Assembly (NCBI RefSeq): GCF_006345805.1
Contig: NC_043007.1
Location: forward strand, 58,714,001-58,778,000
Length of the DNA: 64,000 nt
Direction: 5' to 3'
DNA from: Octopus sinensis
Taxonomy: Eukaryota
A program made the translations under genes and the position numbers. Every line of letters starts with the position of its first letter. The stretch's first letter is position 1. Below the pieces are notes generated by a model, which was not told the DNA's origin, ran no database searches, and was given only the letters and a program-made list of their open reading frames with translations. Positions 62,201 through 64,000 of this stretch are shown in pieces.

Positions 62201-64000
62201 TTCCTAGGGTCTTTTTCCATAACAGGTTACTCTCTTTCCTTGTCTGCATAAAGCAGCAAAGGGTTCTCCTCATTTGGGTGTTCACAAACACATTATATAT
62301 GTACACAGTTTTATTTTCATCATTGCTGCTCTGTGTGCCTTCAGTTTATCAATTCCAGTTTGATAAAGTTTGTGCACACTAACAAAATTATCATTTACTG
62401 TTTGCATATAAGAATGGCACTCACACCTGTTTCCAAGCAAGGTAATATTTCCCCATGGTTCAACATGTTTTTCACTGAAAATTGTAAATTAATGACACTG
62501 CTTGTATGACAGTAACACTTGTTAACAGCTAGTGTGATATCATGACAAGGAGACACACATACACATTCATGTATCTATACAGCAGGTTTCTTTGAGTTTC
62601 TATCTACCAAATCCACTCACACGGCTTTGGTCAACCCAGGGCTATAGTAGAAGACACTTGTTCAAGGTACCATGTAGTGGGACTGATCCTGAAACTATGG
62701 GCTTGGGAAATGAACTTCCTAACCATACAGCCAAACCTGTTTCTTTACAAACTACTTGGTATGGTCTGATGCTTTTACTCAAGCAACAATTATCTACACT
62801 ATTAAACAAAGAGATATATTTGATTTTCAAAAATAAGTTTGATGATTGTACAGAAACACAAATATCATCATCAACATTTACTGTTTTCCATGTTGGCATC
62901 AGCTTGACAGGAACTGATAAGGCTTGGGGCTACACCAGGTTCCATAGTCTGTTTTGGCTTGGATACCCTTCCTAATGTCAACTACTTAACAGAGTGCACT
63001 GGGTGCTTTTTACATGGCACCATCACCAGTGCTTTCTTTGTTGCACCACCACCCATGTGAATGTTTTTTACATGACACCTTGGTTTTAGGATATCAATTC
63101 TGTTGCGAGTGGGTCTTCTTGAGTACAGTAGTATGCCACTTAGTTTGTCCTCTGTCATTTAGATTAATCAAAAGGGTTTGTTCTTAGATATCTTCCAGAA
63201 CATTCTTATGAAAAAAAGATGGGGGAAAAATAAGATTTTGAGGCTTCTTAACATGGAAGAGTAATAAAATTGTTATATATATATATATATATAGCAAATT
63301 TAAATATATAAAATTGTTATAACATCTAACATGACAGATGATACCTTTTTTTTTTTTTTTTTTGAAAGGATAGAAAAGTGGGCTCCATATGTCACATGAA
63401 ACTATGGAATGTTTATTCTCAAGGTACAAACATGGGCAAAGTTTTTATAGAAGATAAGCAGTTAGCCATACATGCAAATCCCCACTTCTCCATGCTTCTA
63501 ATGTCCAAGGAAAAGAAAAAGGGCAATACAGCTTGTTGCTGCAGGTGTTGCAATCAGAATGCCAAGAGCTAAAACAGATCCCATAAGATTCTAACAACTT
63601 TACTAATCCACCACCTTGAATCAGTACTTCTTTGATGGCTTCCAAAAAGGTAAAAGGCAAAATTGTTTTTCATAGGATTTCAATTCAGAGCACAAACAGC
63701 CAGAACAAATCCCAACTGGCATTATATCTGATGTTCTAATGACTGCTAATTCTTTGATGTGCAAAATAATGTCATTAAATTTCTTTTCTAAATCTGATCA
63801 CAATAAAGAAAAGCATGAATGTCATTAAAAAATCAACTCTGTATGCTTCCCTACACAAAAATGGTAGTCTGATAGGATTGAAGTTTGAACACAGCATATA
63901 ACTGCTGGTGTAATTTTAGCCTGTTTTTAATGACTTAATCAGAGAAAGAAGAGTAAAACTCTTTACTGTTTTTAGGACCTCCCAAACTTGAAGAAAGTAT

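Noticed and set aside
61984-63780. ORFs at 61984-62382 (+) and 63445-63660 (-) as possible exons of a further gene
   Set aside because: Manual translation of the alternative frames gave stops or frameshifts and no recognisable family. They may be old TE coding remnants, but I cannot support a call.

Overview
AT-rich, repeat-dense animal genomic DNA. The SINE/RTE repeat families and microsatellite load suggest Octopus (inference). Three protein-coding loci are supported. (i) A large exon of a Ser/Asn-rich, probably disordered protein, open at the left edge (3-1994, +). (ii) A complete 7-exon PSMA6 (proteasome alpha-6, 246 aa, minus strand, 25753 to 7196). (iii) SLC35B2/PAPST1 (plus strand; coding exons 48849-49066 and 55345-56441). 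SLC35B2 probably starts head-to-head with PSMA6 across a compact promoter at about 25.9-26.1 kb carrying ZNF143, ETS and E-box motifs. The rest is transposon-derived: Penelope-like elements, RTE and CR1/L2-type LINEs, tRNA-type SINEs, piggyBac and its MITEs, mariner/Tc1 relics, Helitron/HINE pieces and a TRIM-like mini LTR element, plus one 100-N gap. The most notable signal is type I hammerhead-ribozyme folds in four apparently unrelated repeat families. One of these is an ORF-less, about 394-bp circularly permuted tandem unit (49.7-50.1 kb, second copy 58.6-59.3 kb) that looks like a cephalopod retrozyme. All RNA folds were read by eye, and most genomic copies carry decay mutations.
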